Shown piece by piece: positions 18,129-26,860 of a DNA stretch of 64,000 bases (its first letter is position 1; each line of letters begins with the position of its first letter). Source of the stretch: a virus. Under the pieces are notes generated by a model, which worked only from the letters and a program-made list of their open reading frames with translations, had not been told where the DNA came from and searched no databases. The DNA lies in the IMG/VR virus record IMGVR_UViG_3300000756_000010; one strand, given 5' to 3'. Both the position numbers and the translations under genes were made by a program.

Positions 18129-18337
18129 TGTGTACTGTTAGGCAGGTGTTTAGGGGGTCTGCCTATGCCGGCGTAGATAAATGATACCTTCATACGATTG
18201 GCTGCTTCCTGCACGGCACGGAGTCCGTGTTGATAGGCATAGGCGGTTTCCTTTGCCGTCATGCCGTGCTTAATGCCCTCAACGACAGCGAGCCTTGCTG
18301 GAGGCTTACCATACCGATTTATACCCTTGAGGCTCAT
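18125..18337 (-). CDS. Small HTH-like protein
   Basis: GMTAKETAYAYQHGLRAVQEAA; coupled overlaps. Confidence 0.5.
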   Translation of the reverse strand: MSLKGINRYGKPPARLAVVEGIKHGMTAKETAYAYQHGLRAVQEAANRMKVSFIYAGIGRPPKHLPNSTQ

Positions 18338-18585
18338 TAACGGTTTAGCAGATTGACCGCTTTATGTTCGCCGTTGTGTAGTTCCCAAAAATCAACATCA
18401 GATCGCTTTAAGGTGGGCAGCACGTTGCGTTTCCACTTAGCCATTTCGCTGGCAAACTCGTCCCGGCTATAGGCCACGAATTCGGGATGCTCAACCTTGC
18501 CACCTTCAAGGATGACGATGAGTGCATGGCACCGCCTGGGCATCTTGTGGGTGTACTGGGTCAGGTTAATAGGGGGATTTCTCAT
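18337..18585 (-). CDS. Hypothetical protein
   Basis: 82 aa, tight overlaps within the operon. Confidence 0.6.
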   Translation of the reverse strand: MRNPPINLTQYTHKMPRRCHALIVILEGGKVEHPEFVAYSRDEFASEMAKWKRNVLPTLKRSDVDFWELHNGEHKAVNLLNR

Positions 18586-18767
18586 TTGCGGTGTTTAGAT
18601 GGTTTTAAGTTTAAACCAAGGTGTCTTGCGGCGTTGTAAAGGCTGGCACGGCTAAAACCAGATTTAGTCTCAATCTCGGAATATGTCATGCCGGCGGCGT
18701 GGGCCTCGATGATTGCTTCCTTAACTTTGCCGTAAGTTTCTCGGCGCGTTAGTTTATTTTTTTCCAT
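18582..18767 (-). CDS. Small HTH protein
   Basis: GMTYSEIETKSGFSRASLYNAARHLGL; start MEKNKL preferred. Confidence 0.55.
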   Translation of the reverse strand: MEKNKLTRRETYGKVKEAIIEAHAAGMTYSEIETKSGFSRASLYNAARHLGLNLKPSKHRK

Positions 18768-18916
18768 TTGTTTAAAGGTTGTTCCATAAGTTTTTTCCAA
18801 CGTTCCCGATCAGCTTTGCCAACCGATTCTACTTTTTGCACTTCATACCAAGTTAGTCCTTTTTTAATAAAGCGGGTGTTTTTGCAGGACATCCCTACTT
18901 GTTTGGGGTGGCTCAT
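18749..18916 (-). CDS. Hypothetical basic protein (55 aa, MSHPKQVGMSCK...)
   Basis: Translated by hand; ATGA overlap with upstream stop; fills a gap in the operon. Confidence 0.45.
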   Translation of the reverse strand: MSHPKQVGMSCKNTRFIKKGLTWYEVQKVESVGKADRERWKKLMEQPLNKWKKIN

Positions 18917-19086
18917 GGCTGTACCTCCCTTGCGTCTGGAGTGATGGCGTTGCCGGAAGTAATGGCGTCTGTTAGGCGTTCGACCTGGGAACGGAGCCGC
19001 TCGACCTCGGCCTTGAGGCGGGCGTTCTCAGCGTTCAGTTCGCCGATGCGTTTCATCATGGTCACTTCCAGATGTACCTTGCTCAC
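18913..19086 (-). CDS. Small coiled-coil protein
   Basis: ELNAENARLKAEVERL; GTGA overlap start at 19086. Confidence 0.5.
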   Translation of the reverse strand: MSKVHLEVTMMKRIGELNAENARLKAEVERLRSQVERLTDAITSGNAITPDAREVQP

Positions 19087-19397
19087 GGCTGCTTGCCCTC
19101 CTTGGCGGCGTTCCATCCGTTTTTAGCGGCGTTCCAGGCGGCTTTTCTTGGAGGCCAATCCGCAGTTGGGTCTCCGACTGCTTCAGCCAAGGCATCACCG
19201 GCTTTGATGATACGCTCGTATTGATGGGACGGGACGGCGGTGACAAAAGACGATTCACGCAGCCTTTGGTTCTCGGCCTTGAGTTCGTTACAACGGGCGT
19301 CCAACTCGTCGCAAATCTCTTTCCAGCGCGGCAAGTCGGCCCATGCCCTGACCATCTCAGCCCACTTATCTGGATCAACGGGAATAAATTTGCTCAT
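19083..19397 (-). CDS. Hypothetical coiled-coil protein
   Basis: ELKAENQRLR; coupled overlaps. Confidence 0.55.
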   Translation of the reverse strand: MSKFIPVDPDKWAEMVRAWADLPRWKEICDELDARCNELKAENQRLRESSFVTAVPSHQYERIIKAGDALAEAVGDPTADWPPRKAAWNAAKNGWNAAKEGKQP

Positions 19398-19984
19398 CGG
19401 TATATTTGGTACACTTCAGACGCTACGGCACGAACCCCAGTAGGGTCAACCGCCAATCGGGTATGGAGTATTTGCATCGCCGACATCATGTCAGCCAAGC
19501 TGCCCGCCTCTTCGTCGTTCGCCGGCCCGAAGCCTGGACGCTGAATCTCGACCGTCACGATCTGCACCTCAAGGTGCTTGGCCAGAAAGAGGTACTCATT
19601 CAAATAACGCCAATCGGAGATAAGGGCGATAGGGCGGACATCCAGCGGCGCGTAATCCATGAACAGGGCAACCTGAGCGTTCAAGTGCCGTGCGAAGATG
19701 TCTTTGTCTACCCCCCGGAGGGTACGTCCCAATTCGACCAGCAGCCCCCGATTCTTGACCTTAAAGTCTTCGGCGTGGAAATCTCGCTCGCCAGCTTTGA
19801 AAACCCCCATAGCCCGAAGCACGTCGTTCGCCCGTTCCTTCAGCACGTCGGCAAACTTAAACACCTCGGCACGGTTGCCGTTGCCGTTAAAGTGTTCCAT
19901 CAGACAAGCGGCGAAGGTGTCCTTCCCCGCGCGAGCGACCCCGGTGATCATAAAGACCAGCGGCTTATTGTTCTTAGGCATCAT
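19394..19984 (-). CDS. Deoxynucleoside monophosphate kinase-like P-loop protein
   Basis: ITGVARAGKDT Walker A, FADVLK, R..L..LG, ISDWRYLNE motifs. Confidence 0.75.
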   Translation of the reverse strand: MMPKNNKPLVFMITGVARAGKDTFAACLMEHFNGNGNRAEVFKFADVLKERANDVLRAMGVFKAGERDFHAEDFKVKNRGLLVELGRTLRGVDKDIFARHLNAQVALFMDYAPLDVRPIALISDWRYLNEYLFLAKHLEVQIVTVEIQRPGFGPANDEEAGSLADMMSAMQILHTRLAVDPTGVRAVASEVYQIYR

Positions 19985-20739
19985 AGTTTTTTGTAAACTG
20001 AAAGCGTTTCGTGAACTTTAACGGTATACCCCAAGCGTTTAGCCTGTGGAAGCATGATTTTCACTTTGCTGATTCCAAGCCTTGATACGACGACTTTGTC
20101 GAACGGAACAAAGCCAAGTTGGTGCATGATCAGTTCGGTCTGGAAAGTCAGGTCATAATAGATGCCGTCCTCGCGCCAGTCACCCGTCATAATGCAATAG
20201 GTCGCACCGTTCGACGCTTTGACTGCAAACCTCGAAAGCACGTCCTTATATTCCAAAAGGAAACCTTGCCAGTTTTTGCAACGATCAAGCCCGTCGTCGC
20301 CAGCATACTTTTCCAACCCCCAGTAAGGGGGGCAGGTAAGCAGCCCGTCGTGCTGCGGGACTTCGACCATGCGGGAATCAGCAAGGGTATTCTTAACCCC
20401 ATACTTTTCCAGCGCGTTGGCAATAGCTTCGCAAGAAAGGTCAAACCCTTGATAGGCACGGCCATGCCGCTTGATGGCGTCGCCACGTTCCCCCCATCCG
20501 GCAAACGGGTCTACAGTAAGGCTTGCCCCGCGCAGGAATAGGGCGGCACAGGTTTCGGCCACTTCATATGGGAAAGGGCTGTATCCGCTTCGGCTAGATT
20601 GCTTGTTATGATTCGTATCACCCCGGACGCCGTGCTTGCCCATCGGCCCAATCTCCATGACGGATACTGGCAAGACCTCAAGGTGGTCTGCCGGCTTCGT
20701 CGTAGCAGGTATTTGGAATAGGTCTTCCATGCTAGGCAT
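19981..20739 (-). CDS. DNA amino-methyltransferase (N6-A or N4-C)
   Basis: Motif I DPFAGWG and motif IV TCPPYW; start 20739 lies just after the helicase stop. Confidence 0.75.
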   Translation of the reverse strand: MPSMEDLFQIPATTKPADHLEVLPVSVMEIGPMGKHGVRGDTNHNKQSSRSGYSPFPYEVAETCAALFLRGASLTVDPFAGWGERGDAIKRHGRAYQGFDLSCEAIANALEKYGVKNTLADSRMVEVPQHDGLLTCPPYWGLEKYAGDDGLDRCKNWQGFLLEYKDVLSRFAVKASNGATYCIMTGDWREDGIYYDLTFQTELIMHQLGFVPFDKVVVSRLGISKVKIMLPQAKRLGYTVKVHETLSVYKKL

Positions 20740-20740
20740 C

Positions 20741-22219
20741 TTAATTGTCAAAGATTCGACCGTAAATCTTTTGCAGGGGTGACTGACGATTAGCGGGTTT
20801 TTGCATACGCCAGTCGGATGAGATGGCCTTGGACGCCGATTCCTTGGACAGACGCTCGGCACCGCGCACCCCGAATTGCTGGAGCTTACGCACCTGCTTT
20901 ACGGTTGCCATATTAAGGGCTTCCCGTGCCTTCAGGCGGGCAATCATCCAATCAGCCTGGTCAGAGGTCATACCACGGGCGTAAACGCCGTGGCGGGCTA
21001 AATCGGAGGCTTGGTAGCCGAACATAGAGGACTCGGTAGTCGGAGCCGGCAGGACGAACCCAAAGACGGCACAAGCAACGGATAAATCGACCAGCCCCAG
21101 TTCCTTGGCTTCTTTCGTCGCCGACCGCTGCTCTTCAGCGGCAATACGGCGAAGCATACCCTCCTCGGCATGACGATCACAGGCTTCGGCGGCGTCCAGA
21201 GGGTCATGCCCACCTTCTATTGCTGCGGACTTGGCCATCGGGTGAACCGTGAAGGCGTCCGCCGGAGTGAAGGAATTCTCCCCGCTGATCCACATGGGGT
21301 CAAGGATGAGGCAATCAGTCTTGCCTGGAGCCGTGCGGAGACCACGGCCAATCATCTGGCACCACAGGGCACGGGACTGGGTCGGACGCAGCAGGATGAC
21401 GCAATCGGTTTCGGGGGCGTCGAACCCTTCGGTGAAAAGGTTCACATTGCATAGCACCCGAAGCTCGCCGTTCTTAAAGGCTTCAACCGTGCCGGCACGG
21501 AACTTGCCCGTGCTGCCGTCGGCGTGTCCGGCCTCGACGCCGCGCTGGCGGAGTAGGGCGACCAGGCGGATAGAAGTATCGACCTCTGGCAGGAAGCAAA
21601 TAGCCTTCTTACGATCCCAGCGGTTAAGTTCGGTAACGATACTATCGGCAACGGCCTCAAGGGCGTCGTCGTAACCGCGCAAGCGGATAAGGCTCATCTC
21701 CACGGGCATCTTTTGAGCCATAGGGCGGACAAGATGACCCTGCTCGATAAGGGTGCGAATCGCAATCTCGTAGGCAGGAACGAATCCGACCGTTTCTAGT
21801 TTCTGGCGGTCGAGGCGATCAGGGGTGGCGGTCACGGCAACCTTCGGGCCGGTGAACACGGCGTTAAACTTAGCCCACGAAGAGGCAACGGCATGGTGGG
21901 CTTCGTCGAAGACGACCAGCGCGGTGGCTTTATCTTCGGCGGAAATATGGTCAAAGTCGGCAGAAAAGACGCTCAGGGCTTCGCCTCGGACACCAAACTT
22001 ATCCATCGTGGCCTTCGCCTGGTCGATAAGTTCCTTGCGGTGGGCAACAAAGAAACACTTGCGGTTCGTACCAGTCTGCCAGCGCAGCATGATGCTGGAG
22101 GCGATTACCGTCTTACCGGCACCCGTCGGTGCGATTACCAGCGGGTTGACGGCCTTCGCAATGAAGGACAGGGCTGCGGTGACGGCGGCTTCCTGATAAT
22201 CTCGGAGCTTCAGTTCCAT
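20741..22219 (-). CDS. Superfamily II DEAD/H-box helicase
   Basis: LRDYQ, APTGAGKT, DEAHH, TATP, LFTEGFD, QMIGRGLR; true start MELKLRDYQ at 22219. Confidence 0.9.
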   Translation of the reverse strand: MELKLRDYQEAAVTAALSFIAKAVNPLVIAPTGAGKTVIASSIMLRWQTGTNRKCFFVAHRKELIDQAKATMDKFGVRGEALSVFSADFDHISAEDKATALVVFDEAHHAVASSWAKFNAVFTGPKVAVTATPDRLDRQKLETVGFVPAYEIAIRTLIEQGHLVRPMAQKMPVEMSLIRLRGYDDALEAVADSIVTELNRWDRKKAICFLPEVDTSIRLVALLRQRGVEAGHADGSTGKFRAGTVEAFKNGELRVLCNVNLFTEGFDAPETDCVILLRPTQSRALWCQMIGRGLRTAPGKTDCLILDPMWISGENSFTPADAFTVHPMAKSAAIEGGHDPLDAAEACDRHAEEGMLRRIAAEEQRSATKEAKELGLVDLSVACAVFGFVLPAPTTESSMFGYQASDLARHGVYARGMTSDQADWMIARLKAREALNMATVKQVRKLQQFGVRGAERLSKESASKAISSDWRMQKPANRQSPLQKIYGRIFDN

Positions 22220-22220
22220 G

Positions 22221-22550
22221 TTACTTGGCGGCAAGGGTGCGGAACTTGTTGGCGTCAAGGATCGTGTACTGCGGACGCTTACCGCCACGGACGAGGACGA
22301 TATGTTCGCAGGTCGGGTCGAGTTGGACGCAGCCGCGCAGTTCGGAAGCGGAGATACGCTTGTCGAACCAGTAGCGGTTAGGCTCGCCGCCGTGGCAATT
22401 GGTGACCTGACCAGCGTCATGCGGCCACTTGCACGTCCAGAGGGAGTAAGCCCATTCATTGGCGAATTCCGGCTTAAACCGTGCGATGGAAATGCACTCC
22501 TTATAGTCAGCGAGGGCGAGGGCGAGTTCTTGTTTCTTTGTGAGTTTCAT
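22221..22550 (-). CDS. Hypothetical protein (MKLTKKQELAL...)
   Basis: 109 aa, abuts helicase start. Confidence 0.55.
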   Translation of the reverse strand: MKLTKKQELALALADYKECISIARFKPEFANEWAYSLWTCKWPHDAGQVTNCHGGEPNRYWFDKRISASELRGCVQLDPTCEHIVLVRGGKRPQYTILDANKFRTLAAK

Positions 22551-22605
22551 GGGTTTTATGGGTGGCATCTCCTGTTGTGTATATTGCCGTGGATAACACA
22601 AGCAC

Positions 22606-22633
22606 AAAAAAGGAGGAACTTTCGTTCCCCCTA
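22606..22633 (-). terminator. Intrinsic terminator after ssb-like gene
   Basis: - strand ggggaac-GAAA-gttcctcc followed by TTTTTT. Confidence 0.75.
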
Positions 22634-22654
22634 AAGTACCGCCTAGAACCCCCC

Positions 22655-23104
22655 TTAGAAGGGGTTCTGGGCGGGTCCACCAGGCAAGCGGGTGAAAAAG
22701 GACGCCTGGTACGCCACGCCCTCGGAACCGTCCTTTTTCGTGTACTTGCGCTCGGTCACCTTGACCTTGAGCGTACGGGTGACCGCACGGGTGCAGACGG
22801 TGGTCAGGAAGGCTTCGTCCACCTCCAGCTCGCCGCCGGAGATGTACTTCTTGATTTCCTCGTCGTTGGCCGTGGCAGCAACGAACTGCTCCAGGCGGTC
22901 ATGGCCACCGTTCTTGTCAGGCTTGGCGAACAGATCGCCGTAGACGCTCTCGCCTTCGCTGGTGACGAAGGTGATGCGGGCGTACAGGTCAGCGCGGGGC
23001 GGGAGGTAGTCCTGCTTGAACGCCGACACCGTGCAGGTGTAGGTGCCGGCCTTGGAGACGTACTTACGATCCTCGGCGGCGTTGGGGTTGAACTTGAATG
23101 CCAT
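22655..23104 (-). CDS. Single-stranded DNA-binding protein (DUF669-like)
   Basis: GTYTCTV OB-fold start, VKVTERKY..DG, C-terminal NPF tail; next to exonuclease and annealing genes. Confidence 0.65.
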   Translation of the reverse strand: MAFKFNPNAAEDRKYVSKAGTYTCTVSAFKQDYLPPRADLYARITFVTSEGESVYGDLFAKPDKNGGHDRLEQFVAATANDEEIKKYISGGELEVDEAFLTTVCTRAVTRTLKVKVTERKYTKKDGSEGVAYQASFFTRLPGGPAQNPF

Positions 23105-23145
23105 GTTATGGTATCGGGTTGTGGGTTATGGGTTTTGGGTGGAAA

Positions 23146-23934
23146 TTACTGAACCCACTTGGGCAGAGAAAGGGTCTGAACTTCCTGCGGGTAGCCTGGG
23201 AACTGTTTAAAGGTGTTGCAGGACTTGAACAGGTCAATGGCCGAATTCATCAGCACAAGACCCTTTTGGTGCGACGCTTCGTCGAGCGAATAACACGCCC
23301 AACAATTCGGGGCATCCTTTTCGACGGCCAAGAACACAAAGGCGTCGGCGTGAGCCAGCGTCGTATACCACGCCTCTTGTAAGAAATATTTATAATTAGC
23401 AATATCTCGACCGAACGATTCCGTGCCGGCGTCCATTGTCGTCTTTATGTCTACAACAATTTTCTTTCCTTCTTTTGTCGTAATAATGGCGTCGAGCCTA
23501 CCTTTGATGTCGGTGCCGTTCACACGACCAACCATCGGGACTTCGGTGATCATGTACTCGCCGTCCAAGTCCTTCATCAATTTATCAAGACCAGCACGAG
23601 CAGCAATGGACACATTAGTGACCAGCTCGCCGTCTTTCTGACTGATGGCCTCTTGACCAGGCTTGAGCGAAGACTGAAATGCCGCCCAAATTTCTTTGCC
23701 GGCAGTCGTGCGCTTGTCACACTCCGGGGCTACGACAATGGTAGCGTCGAAGACCTTGGGCTGGAGTGCGGCAAGGTGAATGAGGCTTCCAAGCCGCTGT
23801 GCGGGCGTCTGCTCGTCACGATCACGCTCAAGGTACTGCTTAAAGTGAGCCGGGGAGCGGAGTAGCTCCTTCGCGCCGCTCTGGCTCAAACCGGCATGGG
23901 TGGAATAGGCGTCGTTGGGGATGAGGTTGCTCAT
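23146..23934 (-). CDS. RecE/exonuclease VIII-like PD-(D/E)xK nuclease
   Basis: LSQSGAKELLRSPAHF, GSLIH, KGRLD, DIKTT, Y.LQEAWY motifs; start MSNLIPND. Confidence 0.85.
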   Translation of the reverse strand: MSNLIPNDAYSTHAGLSQSGAKELLRSPAHFKQYLERDRDEQTPAQRLGSLIHLAALQPKVFDATIVVAPECDKRTTAGKEIWAAFQSSLKPGQEAISQKDGELVTNVSIAARAGLDKLMKDLDGEYMITEVPMVGRVNGTDIKGRLDAIITTKEGKKIVVDIKTTMDAGTESFGRDIANYKYFLQEAWYTTLAHADAFVFLAVEKDAPNCWACYSLDEASHQKGLVLMNSAIDLFKSCNTFKQFPGYPQEVQTLSLPKWVQ

Positions 23935-24155
23935 GGGATGTAGATGATATGTTCGGTGAACCAAAAGTAGGCGTTGACCAAGCAAGCGACGGTGGCAAAA
24001 GTAATAATTAAGCACATGAAGATGTAGCCAACGCTTTCGACCGTGCTGTCCCAGTTAACGTTCTTGCGGACGATGAATATGCCTACCCAGAGAAAAGCAA
24101 AGACCAGAACGGCCATGCCTCCCGTGATTAGATCGAGTATGAGTTTACGTTCCAT
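23931..24155 (-). CDS. Two-TM membrane protein
   Basis: Two hydrophobic segments; start MERKLIL. Confidence 0.6.
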   Translation of the reverse strand: MERKLILDLITGGMAVLVFAFLWVGIFIVRKNVNWDSTVESVGYIFMCLIITFATVACLVNAYFWFTEHIIYIP

Positions 24156-24156
24156 G

Positions 24157-24420
24157 TTAGTTTTTAAAGATGTTGGTATAGTTTTTCTTGGCGGCGTCAT
24201 CAACAATGCTGCGAAGATAAAGCAGCTCCCGCATATACTCATTATTCTGCTCGCGCAGGTCATTCATCTCCAGGCGAACCTCGAAACAGTTCTGGCTCAC
24301 TTGGTGGAGAATCTGGGTAAGAGCCGTGACTTGCTCTTCCGGGGTGCGGTCGGGCAGGGGCTTGAACTCGTGAACGATGATGCCGTCGTCCTTTGCTTTG
24401 GTGGCTTTGGGTTTTTTCAT
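24157..24420 (-). CDS. Hypothetical coiled-coil protein
   Basis: Start MKKPKATK, ATGA overlap. Confidence 0.55.
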   Translation of the reverse strand: MKKPKATKAKDDGIIVHEFKPLPDRTPEEQVTALTQILHQVSQNCFEVRLEMNDLREQNNEYMRELLYLRSIVDDAAKKNYTNIFKN

Positions 24421-25184
24421 AGGGTGAAATATTTGGCTTTGACCGCCGCCCAGAACGGTCCCGGCTTTTTGGCCAGCGTCTCGGCAAGGTCTGTGGAGAT
24501 GTCTGCCCAACCCTGTTCGGGAGTCAAGTGTCCGCTTTCGCGCAGCACGGCGACGGCGGCTGGCCGGTACTCGATATTGATCAGTTCGTCCAAAGTAACT
24601 TCCCGCTGGCTATAGGTCGGCTTCGACGCCGGCACAACTTCCAGTTCTTCAACCGTGTAGGTACCAAAGCAGCACTCCGGGGCAATAAGGCGGACGCCTT
24701 CGCTGATCGCACGGGCGGTCAACATACGGCGAGGCCACTTCTTCCAGTTGTCCTTTAGTTTGCCGTCTTTGCCCAGCGCGGTGCCATTACCGACGTACTC
24801 CTTCATGTCGGCCACAATTTCGGCGGCGGACGCTCCCTTGCGGAAGGTGGCCTTTACTTTGTCATCGGAACGCTCTTGCCAGACAACCGTGCCTCCGGCT
24901 TGCTGGAATTTGGCAAGCAAGGCGTCCGAACGAATGGCAAGTTGACCTTGGATAAAATGGTAAGTACGCGCCAATTCCAGCGGCGATTTCTTTTCGACCA
25001 GGCATTGCATGGCAAGAATCTCGCCCTGTTCGGGTTTATCCAGACCAAAGATGCCAGACTTAAAGATGGATAGACCGAGGGTCTTAATCGCTTGCATCGG
25101 ATCAGAGATGCGGTCGTAGACGCCGGCGGTAGAGAATTCGTGTGCGGACGGCTGCACGACGGGGATGATTTCGTTGGATTCCAT
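24417..25184 (-). CDS. recT: RecT/Bet-like single-strand annealing protein
   Basis: HFIQGQLAI, NWKKWPRRML.ARA....R...P....G.Y..EE motifs. Confidence 0.75.
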   Translation of the reverse strand: MESNEIIPVVQPSAHEFSTAGVYDRISDPMQAIKTLGLSIFKSGIFGLDKPEQGEILAMQCLVEKKSPLELARTYHFIQGQLAIRSDALLAKFQQAGGTVVWQERSDDKVKATFRKGASAAEIVADMKEYVGNGTALGKDGKLKDNWKKWPRRMLTARAISEGVRLIAPECCFGTYTVEELEVVPASKPTYSQREVTLDELINIEYRPAAVAVLRESGHLTPEQGWADISTDLAETLAKKPGPFWAAVKAKYFTL

Positions 25185-25185
25185 G

Positions 25186-25386
25186 TTAGGCGACGAGGTA
25201 AGCGAAGAAAAGGAAAAGACCGCCTAGCATCCAGCAGACCAGGCTGGCAAGCATCCCCTTGGCCATGTCGTCGTCGGTCTTATCGGCGGCGCGGCGAGCC
25301 TTGAGGACGCCTAGGAAGGCGACGGTGGCCACGCTGATAAAACAGGTGGCGGTGACCAGCAGGAAACTTTTAAGCACGGTCTCCAT
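25186..25386 (-). CDS. Two-TM membrane protein
   Basis: 66 aa, two hydrophobic helices. Confidence 0.6.
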   Translation of the reverse strand: METVLKSFLLVTATCFISVATVAFLGVLKARRAADKTDDDMAKGMLASLVCWMLGGLFLFFAYLVA

Positions 25387-25595
25387 CAGGCGACGGCCTT
25401 AGCGGCGGCGAGGAGTTTGCGGCTGGAGATACGGCGGAGGACGCCATCCAGCATCATGTTGTACGACACCTTCGTGTTGACCACATACGGCTTGAGCCGG
25501 CGAGCAACGGTGCCGTCCGAAAGGACAACGTACTCGGTATCTGGAATAGATGCCAGCAGGCGAGCTGGCGGGGTCTTAACTAGTTTGGTGATCAT
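25386..25595 (-). CDS. Hypothetical protein
   Basis: 69 aa, TGATG overlap. Confidence 0.6.
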   Translation of the reverse strand: MITKLVKTPPARLLASIPDTEYVVLSDGTVARRLKPYVVNTKVSYNMMLDGVLRRISSRKLLAAAKAVA

Positions 25596-25602
25596 GGGAA
25601 AC

Positions 25603-25794
25603 TTAGACCAGGCGGTTCCAAGGGACGAGCGAATCCATCAAGGCTTCGGCGTCGAGTTCGGCCTTCAGTTCGCCACGGGCGACGAGCTGGAAACGGTGTT
25701 TGCCGGCGGCTCGTTCCTCACGGACGATACGGTCGGCTTCAGGGATGTCGGCCACTTCGGTGGCTTCGACTCGGTTGTGGTATTTCGTAATCAT
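25603..25794 (-). CDS. Hypothetical protein
   Basis: 63 aa, operon context. Confidence 0.55.
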   Translation of the reverse strand: MITKYHNRVEATEVADIPEADRIVREERAAGKHRFQLVARGELKAELDAEALMDSLVPWNRLV

Positions 25795-25809
25795 GGGGGT
25801 GGCTAGGAA

Positions 25810-26250
25810 TCAGAGGTTGAATTGCTGCGCGTGGGAGAGCAAGCAAAAAGCATCAGCTGTTTTGAGCGTAATTTTTTCCATCGTATTTGGGAAGCGACGC
25901 TGGGCTTCGGCCTTTAATTTGTTCTTCCACTCGGTCGTAGTATGCCCGCCGCCCTTCTTCGTACCGACGCCCATAGTCTTTTGCCACTCCTGCGGGGTCA
26001 CCAGTACCACCTTGAATCCGCGCCCCTGCCACAGGCCGACGATCCAGCCGTAGGAGTAGCCCAGTTTGAACGACGCCGACGCCGGGATAGGGCCGACAAA
26101 CGCCGGCACCTTCTCGATGACCACGGTCGTGTTGATTGACGGGCAAAGGTCGGCCAGTTCCTCGTTCCCGCCTTGGATGCAGTTTCCCGTATCACCGTGA
26201 AGCACCCAGCCGCCAGAGGCTCCGGGGTCGATGCAAAGATAGGACTTCAT
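25810..26250 (-). CDS. ruvC: RuvC-like Holliday junction resolvase
   Basis: CIDPGASGG, VVIEKV, TPQEWQK, ADA acidic catalytic residues. Confidence 0.8.
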   Translation of the reverse strand: MKSYLCIDPGASGGWVLHGDTGNCIQGGNEELADLCPSINTTVVIEKVPAFVGPIPASASFKLGYSYGWIVGLWQGRGFKVVLVTPQEWQKTMGVGTKKGGGHTTTEWKNKLKAEAQRRFPNTMEKITLKTADAFCLLSHAQQFNL

Positions 26251-26387
26251 TCGGATTTATCCAAAAGTTTCCTCATGGCTTCAATGATCGAATCTAACTT
26301 TTCAATTCGCTGTGCTTGAATGGACACCGTCTCTTCAAGTTCGTTGTTGGTATTTTGGAGCTGTTCCAGATAGGTTTCGTTTTTCAT
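26247..26387 (-). CDS. Small coiled-coil protein (46 aa, MKNETYLEQLQ...)
   Basis: Translated by hand; ATGA overlaps at both ends. Confidence 0.55.
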   Translation of the reverse strand: MKNETYLEQLQNTNNELEETVSIQAQRIEKLDSIIEAMRKLLDKSE

Positions 26388-26860
26388 TTGATAAGTTCTC
26401 GGTAAATGTTGCCAACCCGCTCCGCAGCGTCCGCCTTACCTTTCGGTGCGGTAATTAAGGAATGACCAATTTTCTTCGCGCCGGAGTACCCCATGCTATA
26501 AGCAAGGTAAATTTGTTCGGGCGAAGGTTCTAAAATACCATCAGCAATCAATCGTTCCTTGCACCACGTCACATAGGCCACGGCAATGTTCCGCTGGTTT
26601 TCTGGCACCCTCCAATGGCTTCGGCTGATTGTTGGCAAACCCTGTTTCTGCCGCCATTGATTGGCCGTCACCCATGCGGCGACGTGTACCTGCCAGGCTC
26701 CTAACGCCCTTCCGCCGTCCCCAATAGCGGCATAATTCATTCCGCTTTCGACGGCACCGATGGCGTTGGTTAACACAACCACCTGTGCTTTCTCACGTGC
26801 TTCCGCCGGCATGGCGGCAAGTACCGCAGCAAGGGTTAACATAGCAGATGGATTATTCAT
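26384..26860 (-). CDS. Lysozyme-like / lytic transglycosylase with N-terminal signal segment
   Basis: IGAVESG (catalytic Glu), GDGGRALGAWQV, AYSMG; hydrophobic MLTLAAVLAAMPAEA N-terminus. Confidence 0.7.
   Translation of the reverse strand: MNNPSAMLTLAAVLAAMPAEAREKAQVVVLTNAIGAVESGMNYAAIGDGGRALGAWQVHVAAWVTANQWRQKQGLPTISRSHWRVPENQRNIAVAYVTWCKERLIADGILEPSPEQIYLAYSMGYSGAKKIGHSLITAPKGKADAAERVGNIYRELIK

Noticed and set aside
22588-22596. DnaA-box-like TTATCCACG on the - strand
   Set aside because: Single imperfect (8/9) copy with no cluster.
20741-24015. Long N-terminal extensions in the ORF track (helicase from 22459, MTase from 20862, exonuclease from 24015; likewise terL from 34065 and terS from 32549)
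   Set aside because: They overlap the neighbouring real genes; downstream starts give stop-start coupling and begin at the conserved motifs.
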